From Clostridia bacterium (lineage in GTDB: Bacteria > Bacillota > Clostridia > Christensenellales > Aristaeellaceae): 54,961 nt of DNA. The first letter of the stretch is position 1. Every line of letters begins with the position of its first letter. Shown here piece after piece: positions 27,372 to 36,175 of the stretch. Both the position numbers and the translations under genes were made by a program. The notes beneath the pieces are model-generated. The model was given only the letters and a program-made list of their open reading frames with translations. It was not told the DNA's origin and ran no database searches. The stretch is from assembly GCA_017433675.1 (NCBI GenBank), contig JAFRGU010000004.1:1-54961 (forward strand), given 5' to 3'.

Positions 27372-28454
27372 ATGAAAAAACTGGGAGCCTGGCTGCTGAT
27401 CCTGGCGATGGCCGTGGGCATGATTCCGCTGGCCGCGGCAGATCCGACCGTGATTGAACCGAATATGGAACTGCAACTGGATCCGGCCGTCACGGAAGCC
27501 TTTCCGAAGCTGAATCCGGAAGCGGATGGAATTGATCCCCTGACGGGGCTGCCCATGGGTGAGGAGCCCTATACGCCCATTGCGCTGATTCTGGACGATT
27601 CCCCGGAAGTATTTCCGCACTGGGGCGTGGCCGAGGCGGACTGGATTGTGCAGGTGCCGCTGCGGCCCAGCGGGGACACCCGGATGATGGCCATCTACGG
27701 AAACGAATACCCCGAGCAGGCGGGCGGAGCCCGTTCCGCCCGGATGACCATGCTGCCCATCGCGGCCATGTTTGATTCCGCATTCGTCTATGCGGGATAT
27801 CCGCCGAACATCGAATGGGACATCATGGTGGGCGGCTGGATCGAGGAATGGGAATTCAACAAACCGATCCGGCATTTCGATCTGCTGGGGAAAAAATACA
27901 GGGAACGGGTGGACTTCCTGCCGGAGCCCCAGAACCTGAGCGCCCACATCAAGGAAATCCATGAATACTTCATCAAGAAGAGCAGCATGAAATTCAAGAA
28001 GCGGTTCTTCCTGTTCGCGGACGAGCCGGAGACCCGGGGAGATGACGCCGCGAAAATCAGGATGGACTTCTACGGGAGTGAGGAAACCCTCGAACCCAGC
28101 GATTCCAGCGCGGGCACCTTCACCTATGAGGAAGGAAAAGGATATTTCCGCGACTCCAGCACCGGACTGTACCGGGACCGGAATACCGAAGAGCCGATTG
28201 CCTTTGCCAACGTCATCGTGATGCGGAGCAAGCTCAACTGGATCTGGGAATATCCCTGGTATGAAGATCATCTGCGGTACAACGGGCAGGCGGATTTCTT
28301 CATGAACGGGAAGCATATCACCGGCGCCTGGTACCGGAGGGGCCGGCTGGGACGCCTGGTGCTGCTGGACGAGGACGGTCAGGAGATCCACCTGCAGCGC
28401 GGGAAAACCTTCCTGGTGATCGGAGACCAGTACACCGTGGTTTCCTACGAATAA
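27372..28454 (+). CDS. Exported DUF3048 (YerB-like) protein
   Basis: GGAGG RBS, signal peptide; DPLTGLP, GVAEADWI, TRMMAIY, RSAR, FANVIV, G..ITGAW, L.RGKTF pattern. Confidence 0.75.
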   Translation: MKKLGAWLLILAMAVGMIPLAAADPTVIEPNMELQLDPAVTEAFPKLNPEADGIDPLTGLPMGEEPYTPIALILDDSPEVFPHWGVAEADWIVQVPLRPSGDTRMMAIYGNEYPEQAGGARSARMTMLPIAAMFDSAFVYAGYPPNIEWDIMVGGWIEEWEFNKPIRHFDLLGKKYRERVDFLPEPQNLSAHIKEIHEYFIKKSSMKFKKRFFLFADEPETRGDDAAKIRMDFYGSEETLEPSDSSAGTFTYEEGKGYFRDSSTGLYRDRNTEEPIAFANVIVMRSKLNWIWEYPWYEDHLRYNGQADFFMNGKHITGAWYRRGRLGRLVLLDEDGQEIHLQRGKTFLVIGDQYTVVSYE

Positions 28455-28471
28455 GCAACAGGTTTTTATTC

Positions 28472-28497
28472 AAAACCGGGGCCTCCCCCGGTTTTTT
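28472..28497 (+). terminator. Intrinsic terminator
   Basis: AAAACCGGGG-CCTC-CCCCGGTTTTTT. Confidence 0.8.
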
Positions 28498-28500
28498 ACA

Positions 28501-28529
28501 TTGCATCCCGAAACAAAAACCGATATAAT
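28501..28529 (+). promoter_or_regulatory. Putative sigma-A promoter for the rhamnose genes
   Basis: TTGCAT (28501-28506), 17 bp, TATAAT (28524-28529). Confidence 0.65.
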
Positions 28530-28582
28530 GGATTTGTTCCAAAAATGCCGTTTACCTACCACATACGGAAGGAAAGAAACAC

Positions 28583-29857
28583 ATGAACCGATACCTGGCC
28601 ATCGACATCGGAGCCTCCTCCGGACGGCATATCGCCGGATGGATGGAGGACGGGCAGCTGAAAACAGAGGAGGTTTACCGTTTTCCCAACGGAGTCAATG
28701 AACAGGACGGACATCTCATATGGGATATCCAGGCGCTGCTGGGGCACGTCCGGGAGGGAATCCGGCAGGCCAGGGAGCGGTATCCGGATATCGGAAGCCT
28801 CTCCATCGATACCTGGGGGGTGGACTATGTACTGATGAAAGGAGACGAGGAGGTGCTTCCGGCCTATGCCTACCGGGACAGCCGGACAGAAGACGTCATC
28901 CCCGAGGTGCATGCCAGGATTCCCTTCTCCACTCTGTACCGGCGCACGGGCATCCAGTTTCAGCCCTTCAATACCCTGTATCAGCTGGCGGCGGATCAAC
29001 GCGCGGGGCGGCTGGAGGGCGTGACGGACTTCCTGATGATCCCGTGCTGGCTGATGTACAAGCTGTGCGGGGAGAAAGCGCATGAATACACCAACGCCAC
29101 GACCGGCGGGATGGTGAATGCGGAGACCGGCGAATACGACAGGGAAATCATCTCCGCCCTGGGAATGCCGGAGCACCTGTTCCCGAAGCTGCGTCAGCCG
29201 GGGGAAATCCTCGGGGAATACGAGGGCATGAAGGTCGTCCTCTGCGCCACCCACGACACCGGCAGCGCCGTGGAGGGCATTCTCATGCACGGAAACGAGC
29301 TGTATATCTCTTCCGGCACATGGAGCCTGCTGGGTGTCAAAACCCCGAAACCGATTACGGATGAAGGCAGCCAGGCGGCCAACTACAGCAACGAGGGCGG
29401 CGTCGGATACAACCGCTACCAGAAAAACCTGATGGGCATGTGGCTGGTGAACCGGCTGCGGGCGGAGCTCTGCCCGGAGAAGCCCTGGGATGAAATCACC
29501 GCGGAGGCGGAGGAAAAGCATTTCGACCACCTGGTGGACGTGAACGATGAAATTTTCCTGGCGCCGGAAAGCATGAAGGCGGCGTTTGACGCAAAGCTGC
29601 CTCACCCGCCGAAATGCACCGGCGGCTATTTCCGGTGCGCTTACCGAAGCCTGGCGCAGGGATACCGGCAGGCCATCGAGGAGCTGGAGCGAAACACCGG
29701 AAAGCGGTATTCCAGCCTGTACATCGTCGGCGGAGGCGCGAAGAACGCGTTCCTGAACCGGCTGACGGAGGAAGCAACCGGGAAGAGGGTGATCGCGCTT
29801 CCCATTGAAGCAACGGCGCTGGGCAATCTGCGCATCCAGATGAAAACAGAAGAATAA
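28583..29857 (+). CDS. rhaB: Rhamnulokinase (FGGY family)
   Basis: LAIDIGASSGR, IDTWGVDY, YRDSRT, TGIQFQPFNTLYQL, THDTGSAV, ISSGTWSLLG, NEGG, IVGGG, EATALGN; clustered with rhaD. Confidence 0.88.
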   Translation: MNRYLAIDIGASSGRHIAGWMEDGQLKTEEVYRFPNGVNEQDGHLIWDIQALLGHVREGIRQARERYPDIGSLSIDTWGVDYVLMKGDEEVLPAYAYRDSRTEDVIPEVHARIPFSTLYRRTGIQFQPFNTLYQLAADQRAGRLEGVTDFLMIPCWLMYKLCGEKAHEYTNATTGGMVNAETGEYDREIISALGMPEHLFPKLRQPGEILGEYEGMKVVLCATHDTGSAVEGILMHGNELYISSGTWSLLGVKTPKPITDEGSQAANYSNEGGVGYNRYQKNLMGMWLVNRLRAELCPEKPWDEITAEAEEKHFDHLVDVNDEIFLAPESMKAAFDAKLPHPPKCTGGYFRCAYRSLAQGYRQAIEELERNTGKRYSSLYIVGGGAKNAFLNRLTEEATGKRVIALPIEATALGNLRIQMKTEE

Positions 29858-29886
29858 CAAAACAAACCCAAAGACAGAAGGAGGAA

Positions 29887-31317
29887 ATGATCATGCTCGT
29901 GAATACCCAGGCCCGGGTGGGCGTATTTGCCATTGCGCTGGGCGCCTATCTGCCGCAGTTTCCAACGCTGGTTCCTGAATTCCGGGGCCAGTACGAAACA
30001 TTCAAAAAACGGATACCGGACAGCGTGGAACTGATTGACGGCGGCATCGTGACCACAAAGGAGCTGGCCATGGCCGCGGGAGACAAATTCCGGACCGCAG
30101 ACGTGGATCTGGTCATCCTGCAGCTGCTGACCTATGCCACGAGCTACAACATGCTGCCGGCGGTGCGCGACCTGGATGTGCCGGTGGTTCTGGTGAATGT
30201 TCAGAAGAAGAAAGCGCCGGATTATGCCACGACGGATACCCCGACCTGGCTGGGCGAGCTGTACGCCTGCGGCGCGGTGGGCGAGATGGTGGCGGATCTG
30301 GAACGTGCCGGCAAGCGGCACGCGGTCATTACCGGGGTGGAAGAAGGCGGAGATGAGAACCTTCAGGCACAGATCGAGGACTGGTGCCGGGCGGCTCAGG
30401 TGCGCCGCCGGTTCCGGAACACGAATATCGCCCAGATCGGCCGGCCCTATCCGGGCATGATGGATCTGTACATCGACGAGACCAACCTTTACCACCGGAT
30501 GTGGCTGTACACGAAGCAGTTTGACTGGGAGAAGATGTGGGCGATCGCCGACACGATCACAGATGAAGCCGCCATCCGGGCGAAGGCGGAGGAGATTCTG
30601 GAAACATTCGACATCGAGGGCGGAGCCACGGTGGAGACTGTGTGGGATATGGCGAAATATGTGGTGGCCTTCGAACAGTGGGTGAAGGACGAGCAGCTGG
30701 GCTTCGTGGCGAGTCACTATGACGGGTTCGCCCAGGGTATTGCCGGGAAACTGGACAGCATGCTGATTCCGGCTTTCTCCATGCTGATCAAGCAGGGAAC
30801 CGCCTGTGCCGTGGAAGGGGATATCAAGGTGGCCATGGCCATGGGTATTCTGAAAACCATCGCAGGCACCGGCCAGCTTTCCGAAATGTATTCCATCGAC
30901 TTCAATGAGGATATCTGCATCATCGGGCACAGCGGCAGCGGCGACGCGGACATCTCCCAGGCCCGGAAGCCAACGATGAAGATCGTACCCGTTTTCCACG
31001 GAAAGACCGGCGGCGGGTACCTGACCCAGTTCTATCCGCCGACAAATGCGCCGATTACTTTCCTGGCCATCACCCAGGACCGGGACGGGCATTTCAAGTT
31101 CGTCGCGTCGGAAGGAGTCAACGAGGAAGGACCGATCTTCATGTTCGGAGATACGAACATGCGGATGCGCTTCAATATCAGCGCGCGGGAATTCTGCGAC
31201 CGGTGGAGCGAAGCCGGACCCACGCATCACATGGCCGCCGCGGTCGGACGGCATGTGGATACGCTGGTCAAGGTCGCGAAGATTTTCAACGTGCCGATTG
31301 AAATCATTACCCGGTGA
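29887..31317 (+). CDS. L-fucose/L-arabinose isomerase family protein
   Basis: ACAVEGDI metal-ligand motif, SEMY..DF, IGHSG, FHGK.G.G, C-terminal AGPTHHMA; GGAGG RBS. Confidence 0.8.
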   Translation: MIMLVNTQARVGVFAIALGAYLPQFPTLVPEFRGQYETFKKRIPDSVELIDGGIVTTKELAMAAGDKFRTADVDLVILQLLTYATSYNMLPAVRDLDVPVVLVNVQKKKAPDYATTDTPTWLGELYACGAVGEMVADLERAGKRHAVITGVEEGGDENLQAQIEDWCRAAQVRRRFRNTNIAQIGRPYPGMMDLYIDETNLYHRMWLYTKQFDWEKMWAIADTITDEAAIRAKAEEILETFDIEGGATVETVWDMAKYVVAFEQWVKDEQLGFVASHYDGFAQGIAGKLDSMLIPAFSMLIKQGTACAVEGDIKVAMAMGILKTIAGTGQLSEMYSIDFNEDICIIGHSGSGDADISQARKPTMKIVPVFHGKTGGGYLTQFYPPTNAPITFLAITQDRDGHFKFVASEGVNEEGPIFMFGDTNMRMRFNISAREFCDRWSEAGPTHHMAAAVGRHVDTLVKVAKIFNVPIEIITR

Positions 31318-31382
31318 GAACGGCAGGACAATATCAATCATCAGCGGGCATCTTCAGAAAAGAAGGAAAGGAAAAGAAAAAA

Positions 31383-32207
31383 ATGGGTATGCTGGATATC
31401 AATATCATGAAGGGCTTTATCCGGTTTTGTGACGACGGATGGCAGCAGGGATGGCATGAGCGGAACGGCGGGAACCTGACCTACCGGCTGAAAAAAGAGG
31501 AAGTGGCGGAGATGAAGCCCTTCTTTGACGAAACCCCGAGGCCCTGGGTGAGCATGGGCGTGACCGGAGAAAACCTGGCAGGCGAATACTTCATTGCCAC
31601 CGGGAGCGGGAAATACTTCCGGAACGTGAGCCTGGATCCGGCGGACTGTCTGTGCGTCGTGGAAATCAACGACAAGGGCGATTCCTACCGCATCGTATGG
31701 GGACTGGTGAACGGCGGAAGGCCCACCAGTGAATTCCCGAGCCACTTCATGAACCATTCCGTGCGGGTGGCGGCGACGAACGGAGCGACCCGGGTGATTT
31801 ATCATGCCCATCCGGCCAATGTGATTGCCATGACCTATGTGCTGCCGCTGACGGACCGGGAGTTCAGCCGGGCCCTGTGGAAGAGCGCCACGGAATGTCC
31901 GGTGGTGTTCCCCGGCGGCGTAGGTGTGGTGCCGTGGATGGTGCCCGGCGGCGCGGATATCGCGCTGGCCACCTGCGAGAAGATGAAGAAATTTGAGGCG
32001 GCGGTATGGGCGCAGCACGGGCTGTTCGTTTCCGGGCCGGACTTTGATATCACCTTCGGGCTGATGCACACGATCGAAAAGAGCGCGCAGATCTGGGTGC
32101 TGCAGAAATCGACGGGACTGCCGGAGCTGCAGACGATTACGGATGATGCGCTGCGGGCGATAGCAAAGGAGTTCGGCGTAACCATTCGGGAGGAGTTCCT
32201 GGATTAA
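31383..32207 (+). CDS. rhaD: Rhamnulose-1-phosphate aldolase
   Basis: GWHERNGGNL, TGSGKYFRN, PTSEFPSH, YHAHP, WMVPG, WAQHG, EKSA motifs. Confidence 0.92.
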   Translation: MGMLDINIMKGFIRFCDDGWQQGWHERNGGNLTYRLKKEEVAEMKPFFDETPRPWVSMGVTGENLAGEYFIATGSGKYFRNVSLDPADCLCVVEINDKGDSYRIVWGLVNGGRPTSEFPSHFMNHSVRVAATNGATRVIYHAHPANVIAMTYVLPLTDREFSRALWKSATECPVVFPGGVGVVPWMVPGGADIALATCEKMKKFEAAVWAQHGLFVSGPDFDITFGLMHTIEKSAQIWVLQKSTGLPELQTITDDALRAIAKEFGVTIREEFLD

Positions 32208-32270
32208 TCCGGGAGGATTTCCGATCAGCAGTCTTCATACTTCGGCGCTGAAACCTTCCAGGAAAGATGA

Positions 32271-32331
32271 TTGCCAGAAAACGTTTTTTACGATATAATC
32301 CTGCATGCTCCGGCATCAGCCGGAGCATGCA
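32271..32331 (+). promoter_or_regulatory. Sigma-A promoter followed immediately by a perfect 13-bp inverted repeat
   Basis: TTGCCA (32271-32276), 17 bp, TATAAT (32294-32299); TGCATGCTCCGGC-ATCA-GCCGGAGCATGCA (32302-32331). Confidence 0.6.
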
Positions 32332-32352
32332 AGGGGGTTTTACGGGGTACTT

Positions 32353-33639
32353 ATGAGAAAATTCTGGGTTTTCCTCACAGCGGCTGCGCTGCTTTTTTCA
32401 GCGGCCGGGCTGGCCGAGGAGGAAGAGGATCTGGCGATTGATGAAATCGTTGAGGATGTGATTCTGGACGAGGACGGGGCGGAAATCCCCGCCGAAACGC
32501 CCGGAACATTCGCAGTTGAAGCCGAAGTTTTTACACCCAGCCACGGAAGCGAACATCCTTTCCGGGAAGCTGAGGAGGGCACCTACTGGGCGCTGCCAAT
32601 GGACATCACCGATGAAAAGGCTGTCTGGGAAATGCTGACAGCGCCGATCACCGTGGTTGACATCGGGAAAAAAAGCGGCGAGAAGGTGCAGGCCTATCTG
32701 TACCGGGAGCCGGATGAGAAGAGCCTGAAGGTCGGGGTTGTGACCTGCGAAAGCCAGGGCGTTCGGGTAATCCGGAACATTGACAACGGATGGAGCGAGA
32801 TCGAATGCTACAGCAGCAGCTTCCATGATACGAAGGTGGAAGCGTGGAATATGCTGGTGAGCGGATACATTCAGACCAAATACCTGAAGCAGGTGACTCC
32901 AAACCAGAATCTGGGCATTGTGGTGGATAAGCTGAATCAGCGGCTGTACGTTTTCCAGGAGGGAAAGCTGCTGAGTACGCTGCTCTGCTCGACCGGACTG
33001 GTGCAGTGGAACGGAAGCAAATATCAGCCCTATAATGAAACCAGAAGCGGAGAATTTCTGCTGATGAGCCGGGTGGGAACGCTGATCAGCGACCGGCTTT
33101 ACTGCGATATGGCAATCCGGTTCAATGCAGGAGACATGATGCACGAGGTGCCCCATGTCAACAATGCAGACGGAACGCCCAATTACGGGACAACCGAGCC
33201 GAAGCTGGGAACAAAATGCAGCCACGGATGCATCCGGGTTCAGAAGAACAAAACACCGGAGGGCATCAACATGGCCTGGATCTGGAATGCCGTCCGGAAA
33301 GAGAGCAAGGTCAAATTCGTAATCTGGGAAGACTGGCAGGGACGGCAGATTCCCACGCCGGATGCGGAAACGCCGCTCTTCTACAACCCGGACAAGGGAA
33401 GCTACTATCACAGGGGCTCCTTCTGCTACAGCGCAAAAAGCGTGACGTTCACTCCCTTCACTTACGGGGAACTGGAGGATGAACCCTTCCGGAAGCTGAA
33501 AATGTGTCCCTACTGCGCGCCGGAGATGCGAGAGGCGGAAATTGAGGAACGGAACGCAGCTTATGCGGAAGGAACGGATCATGACGAGCTGCTGACGAGC
33601 CTGCGGCAGGCCTATTATGAGTACCTGCAGAAAAACTGA
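32353..33639 (+). CDS. Exported L,D-transpeptidase (YkuD family) with SH3-like and C-terminal Cys/His domains
   Basis: Signal peptide; IVVDKLNQRLYVF, CSTG, catalytic HEVP...SHGCIRV; SH3-like GWSEI...GYIQTKYL; C-terminal YYH...C...CPYC. Confidence 0.85.
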   Translation: MRKFWVFLTAAALLFSAAGLAEEEEDLAIDEIVEDVILDEDGAEIPAETPGTFAVEAEVFTPSHGSEHPFREAEEGTYWALPMDITDEKAVWEMLTAPITVVDIGKKSGEKVQAYLYREPDEKSLKVGVVTCESQGVRVIRNIDNGWSEIECYSSSFHDTKVEAWNMLVSGYIQTKYLKQVTPNQNLGIVVDKLNQRLYVFQEGKLLSTLLCSTGLVQWNGSKYQPYNETRSGEFLLMSRVGTLISDRLYCDMAIRFNAGDMMHEVPHVNNADGTPNYGTTEPKLGTKCSHGCIRVQKNKTPEGINMAWIWNAVRKESKVKFVIWEDWQGRQIPTPDAETPLFYNPDKGSYYHRGSFCYSAKSVTFTPFTYGELEDEPFRKLKMCPYCAPEMREAEIEERNAAYAEGTDHDELLTSLRQAYYEYLQKN

Positions 33640-33696
33640 ACCAGGATGAATGATTTGCAAAGCGCGTGAGCAAGCGTGTGCATCACGCAGACAGGG

Positions 33697-33731
33697 AAAT
33701 GCCTTCTCCGGTGAACCGGGGAGGGCGTTTT
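33697..33731 (+). terminator. Probable intrinsic terminator
   Basis: GCCTTCTCCGG-TGAA-CCGGGGAGGGC stem (with G-U pairs) followed by GTTTT. Confidence 0.55.
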
Positions 33732-33804
33732 CATTCAATCCGTTTGACCGGAAGCGAAGAAAAGCATATACTTGCAGACAGAAACAATCAAAGGAGAGAA
33801 AGGC

Positions 33805-35160
33805 ATGGCCGGAGCAAGGGAGGATTTTTCCCAGGGGAAGGTTTCACGGCATATCCTCCGGCTGGGCGTGCCAATGATGCTGGCGGAACTGGTGCACGTG
33901 CTGTATAACATCGTGGACCGGATGTTTATCGGGCATATGGCGGAGGGAAGCACGCTGGCGCTGACGGGGCTGGGGATCTGCTTTCCGCTGATCACACTGA
34001 TCGGCGCGTTTGCGAATCTCTGCAGCACAGGCGGAGCCACGCTGATGACCATTGCGCGGGGTGAGGGGGAAAAGGAAAAGGCGGAGCGGATTCTGGAAAG
34101 CAGCTTTACGCTTCTGCTTCTGATCGGCGGGGTGCTGACGATCCTGATGTACATGACCGCACCGGTGACGCTGAGCTGGCTGGGCGGGGATGAAGAGACC
34201 CTGCCGCCGGCACTGAGCTACTTCCGGATTTACGTGGCGGGGACGATCCCGGTTCTGATCGCGCTCGGGATGAATCCCTTTATCAACGCGATGGGATATC
34301 CGAGAGTCGGGATGATGACCGTCATTCTCGGGGCGGCGATGAACATCCTGCTGGACTATCTGCTGATTTATCCCGGGAGAATGGGTATCCGGGGCGCCGC
34401 GCTGGCGACCGTGATCAGCCAGATTGTGAGCGCAGTCTGGGCGATGGGGTTTCTGCTGGGGAAGAAGAGAACCTTCCGAATCCGGCGGCTCCGGCTGGAC
34501 CGGAAGCTGCTGGCCGGTGTGCTGAAACTCGGCGCGACAGGATTTACGTTCAAGGTGACCAACAGCATTACTCAGGCAATTGTAAACATCATGCTGAAGA
34601 GCTGGGGCGGCACAGCCAGCACCCTTTATGTCGGCGCGATGAGCCTGATCAACTCCCTGCGGGAGATCATGAGCCTGCCGAACAACGGTATCGTCAGCGG
34701 CGGGCAGAGCGTGATGAGCTACAACTACGGCGCGAAGCTTTACCGGCGCGTTTCGGAGAGCATCCGGTTCATCCTGTTCAGCGGGCTGCTGATGAACGCA
34801 GCCATGTGGGCTGCGATCATGCTGATTCCCGGGCCTCTGATCCGTATTTTTACATCAGATGAGGCACTGGTTGCAAAAACAATCGCCTGCGCCCGGATTT
34901 ACTTTGCGGCGTTTCCATTTATGGCGCTCCAGCAGGTCGGGCAGAGCACCTTTGTCGCGCTGAACTATCCGAAATATGCGCTGTTTTTCTCCATGCTGCG
35001 GAAGATCCTGCTGGTTACGCCGCTGACGCTGATTCTGCCCGGAATCGGGCTTGGCGTGGAAGGCGTATTCTGGGCTGAAATGATCAGCCAGCTGGTGGGT
35101 GCGAGCTGCTGCTTTATTACGATGTACCGGGTGATCTGGAGAGAAATGCGGAAAGCATAA
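33805..35160 (+). CDS. MATE family efflux transporter
   Basis: LYNIVDRMFIG, NILLDYLLI, GIRGAALATVISQ, YNYGAK; about 12 TM helices. Confidence 0.92.
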   Translation: MAGAREDFSQGKVSRHILRLGVPMMLAELVHVLYNIVDRMFIGHMAEGSTLALTGLGICFPLITLIGAFANLCSTGGATLMTIARGEGEKEKAERILESSFTLLLLIGGVLTILMYMTAPVTLSWLGGDEETLPPALSYFRIYVAGTIPVLIALGMNPFINAMGYPRVGMMTVILGAAMNILLDYLLIYPGRMGIRGAALATVISQIVSAVWAMGFLLGKKRTFRIRRLRLDRKLLAGVLKLGATGFTFKVTNSITQAIVNIMLKSWGGTASTLYVGAMSLINSLREIMSLPNNGIVSGGQSVMSYNYGAKLYRRVSESIRFILFSGLLMNAAMWAAIMLIPGPLIRIFTSDEALVAKTIACARIYFAAFPFMALQQVGQSTFVALNYPKYALFFSMLRKILLVTPLTLILPGIGLGVEGVFWAEMISQLVGASCCFITMYRVIWREMRKA

Positions 35161-35189
35161 AATGACCAACAGAAAAGGAGACGGCTGAG

Positions 35190-36164
35190 GTGAAAGGAAA
35201 AGGAATTGCGCTGATTCTGCTGCTGGTACTCTGCCTGCTGCTGAGCGGATGCGCAGCGAAAAACAATCCGGGTGCAGAACCGAGGCTGCTACTGGGATTC
35301 AGCCAGCTGGGAAGCGAGAGCAGCTGGCGGATCGGGAACACGAAGGATATCGAAGAAAAGGCGGAGACATATGGGATCAGCCTGATGATGGAAAACGCGA
35401 ACCAGAAGCAGGAAAACCAGATTGCGGCGCTGCGGCGGTTTATCGCCTACAGGGTGGATGTGATTGCCTTCTCTCCCATTGTGGAGGAAGGATGGGACAA
35501 CGTGCTGAAGGAAGCGAAACAGGCGGGGATTCCGGTTGTACTGGTGGACCGGACCATTAAAACCGAGGAAAAGGATCTGTATGAATGCCTGATCGGGGCG
35601 GATTTCTATCAGGAGGGCGTCAGCGCGGCGAACTATCTGCTGCGGAAGGCGGACCGAAGCGGGAAGGACCGGTTCCAGATCGTCGAAATCACAGGAACGG
35701 AGGATTCCACTCCGATGCGGCAGCGGCATGCCGGATTTATGGATACCATTGCGGGGGATGAACGGATGCAGGTGCTGGAAAGCGTGAACGGGGACTTTCT
35801 GAAGAGCCGGGGCGCGGAATGCATGCGGTACCTGCTGGAAAAGTATGGGGATGGAATTGACGTCATTTACAGCCATAACGACGAGATGACACTGGGTGCC
35901 CTGCCGGAGATTGAACAGGCCGGATACATGCCCGGAAAGGACATGATCGTGATCTCCATTGACGGTGGGCAGGAAGCCATCGATATCCTGAAGGCCGGAA
36001 AGATCAACTGCATTGTGGAATGCACACCGATGCTGGGCAGCACCCTGATGGAAACCGCGCTGGCCCTGAAGGACGGGAAAAACGTGGATCCGGAAACGCA
36101 TCCGACAGAAGCAGTTTTCAGCGATGAGGATGATCTGAGTCAGATTGCGCCACGGGGATACTGA
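35190..36164 (+). CDS. YtfQ-like sugar-binding lipoprotein, probably the sensing partner of the downstream kinase
   Basis: Lipobox LLSGC; GFSQLGSESSWR, DVIAFSP, IPVVLVDR, HNDEM, SIDG, VECTP. Confidence 0.85.
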   Translation: MKGKGIALILLLVLCLLLSGCAAKNNPGAEPRLLLGFSQLGSESSWRIGNTKDIEEKAETYGISLMMENANQKQENQIAALRRFIAYRVDVIAFSPIVEEGWDNVLKEAKQAGIPVVLVDRTIKTEEKDLYECLIGADFYQEGVSAANYLLRKADRSGKDRFQIVEITGTEDSTPMRQRHAGFMDTIAGDERMQVLESVNGDFLKSRGAECMRYLLEKYGDGIDVIYSHNDEMTLGALPEIEQAGYMPGKDMIVISIDGGQEAIDILKAGKINCIVECTPMLGSTLMETALALKDGKNVDPETHPTEAVFSDEDDLSQIAPRGY

Positions 36165-36175
36165 GGAAACAGGAC

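Noticed and set aside
27150-33738. Long minus-strand ORFs (413, 434, 566 and 446 aa)
   Set aside because: Each mirrors a clearly identified plus-strand gene.
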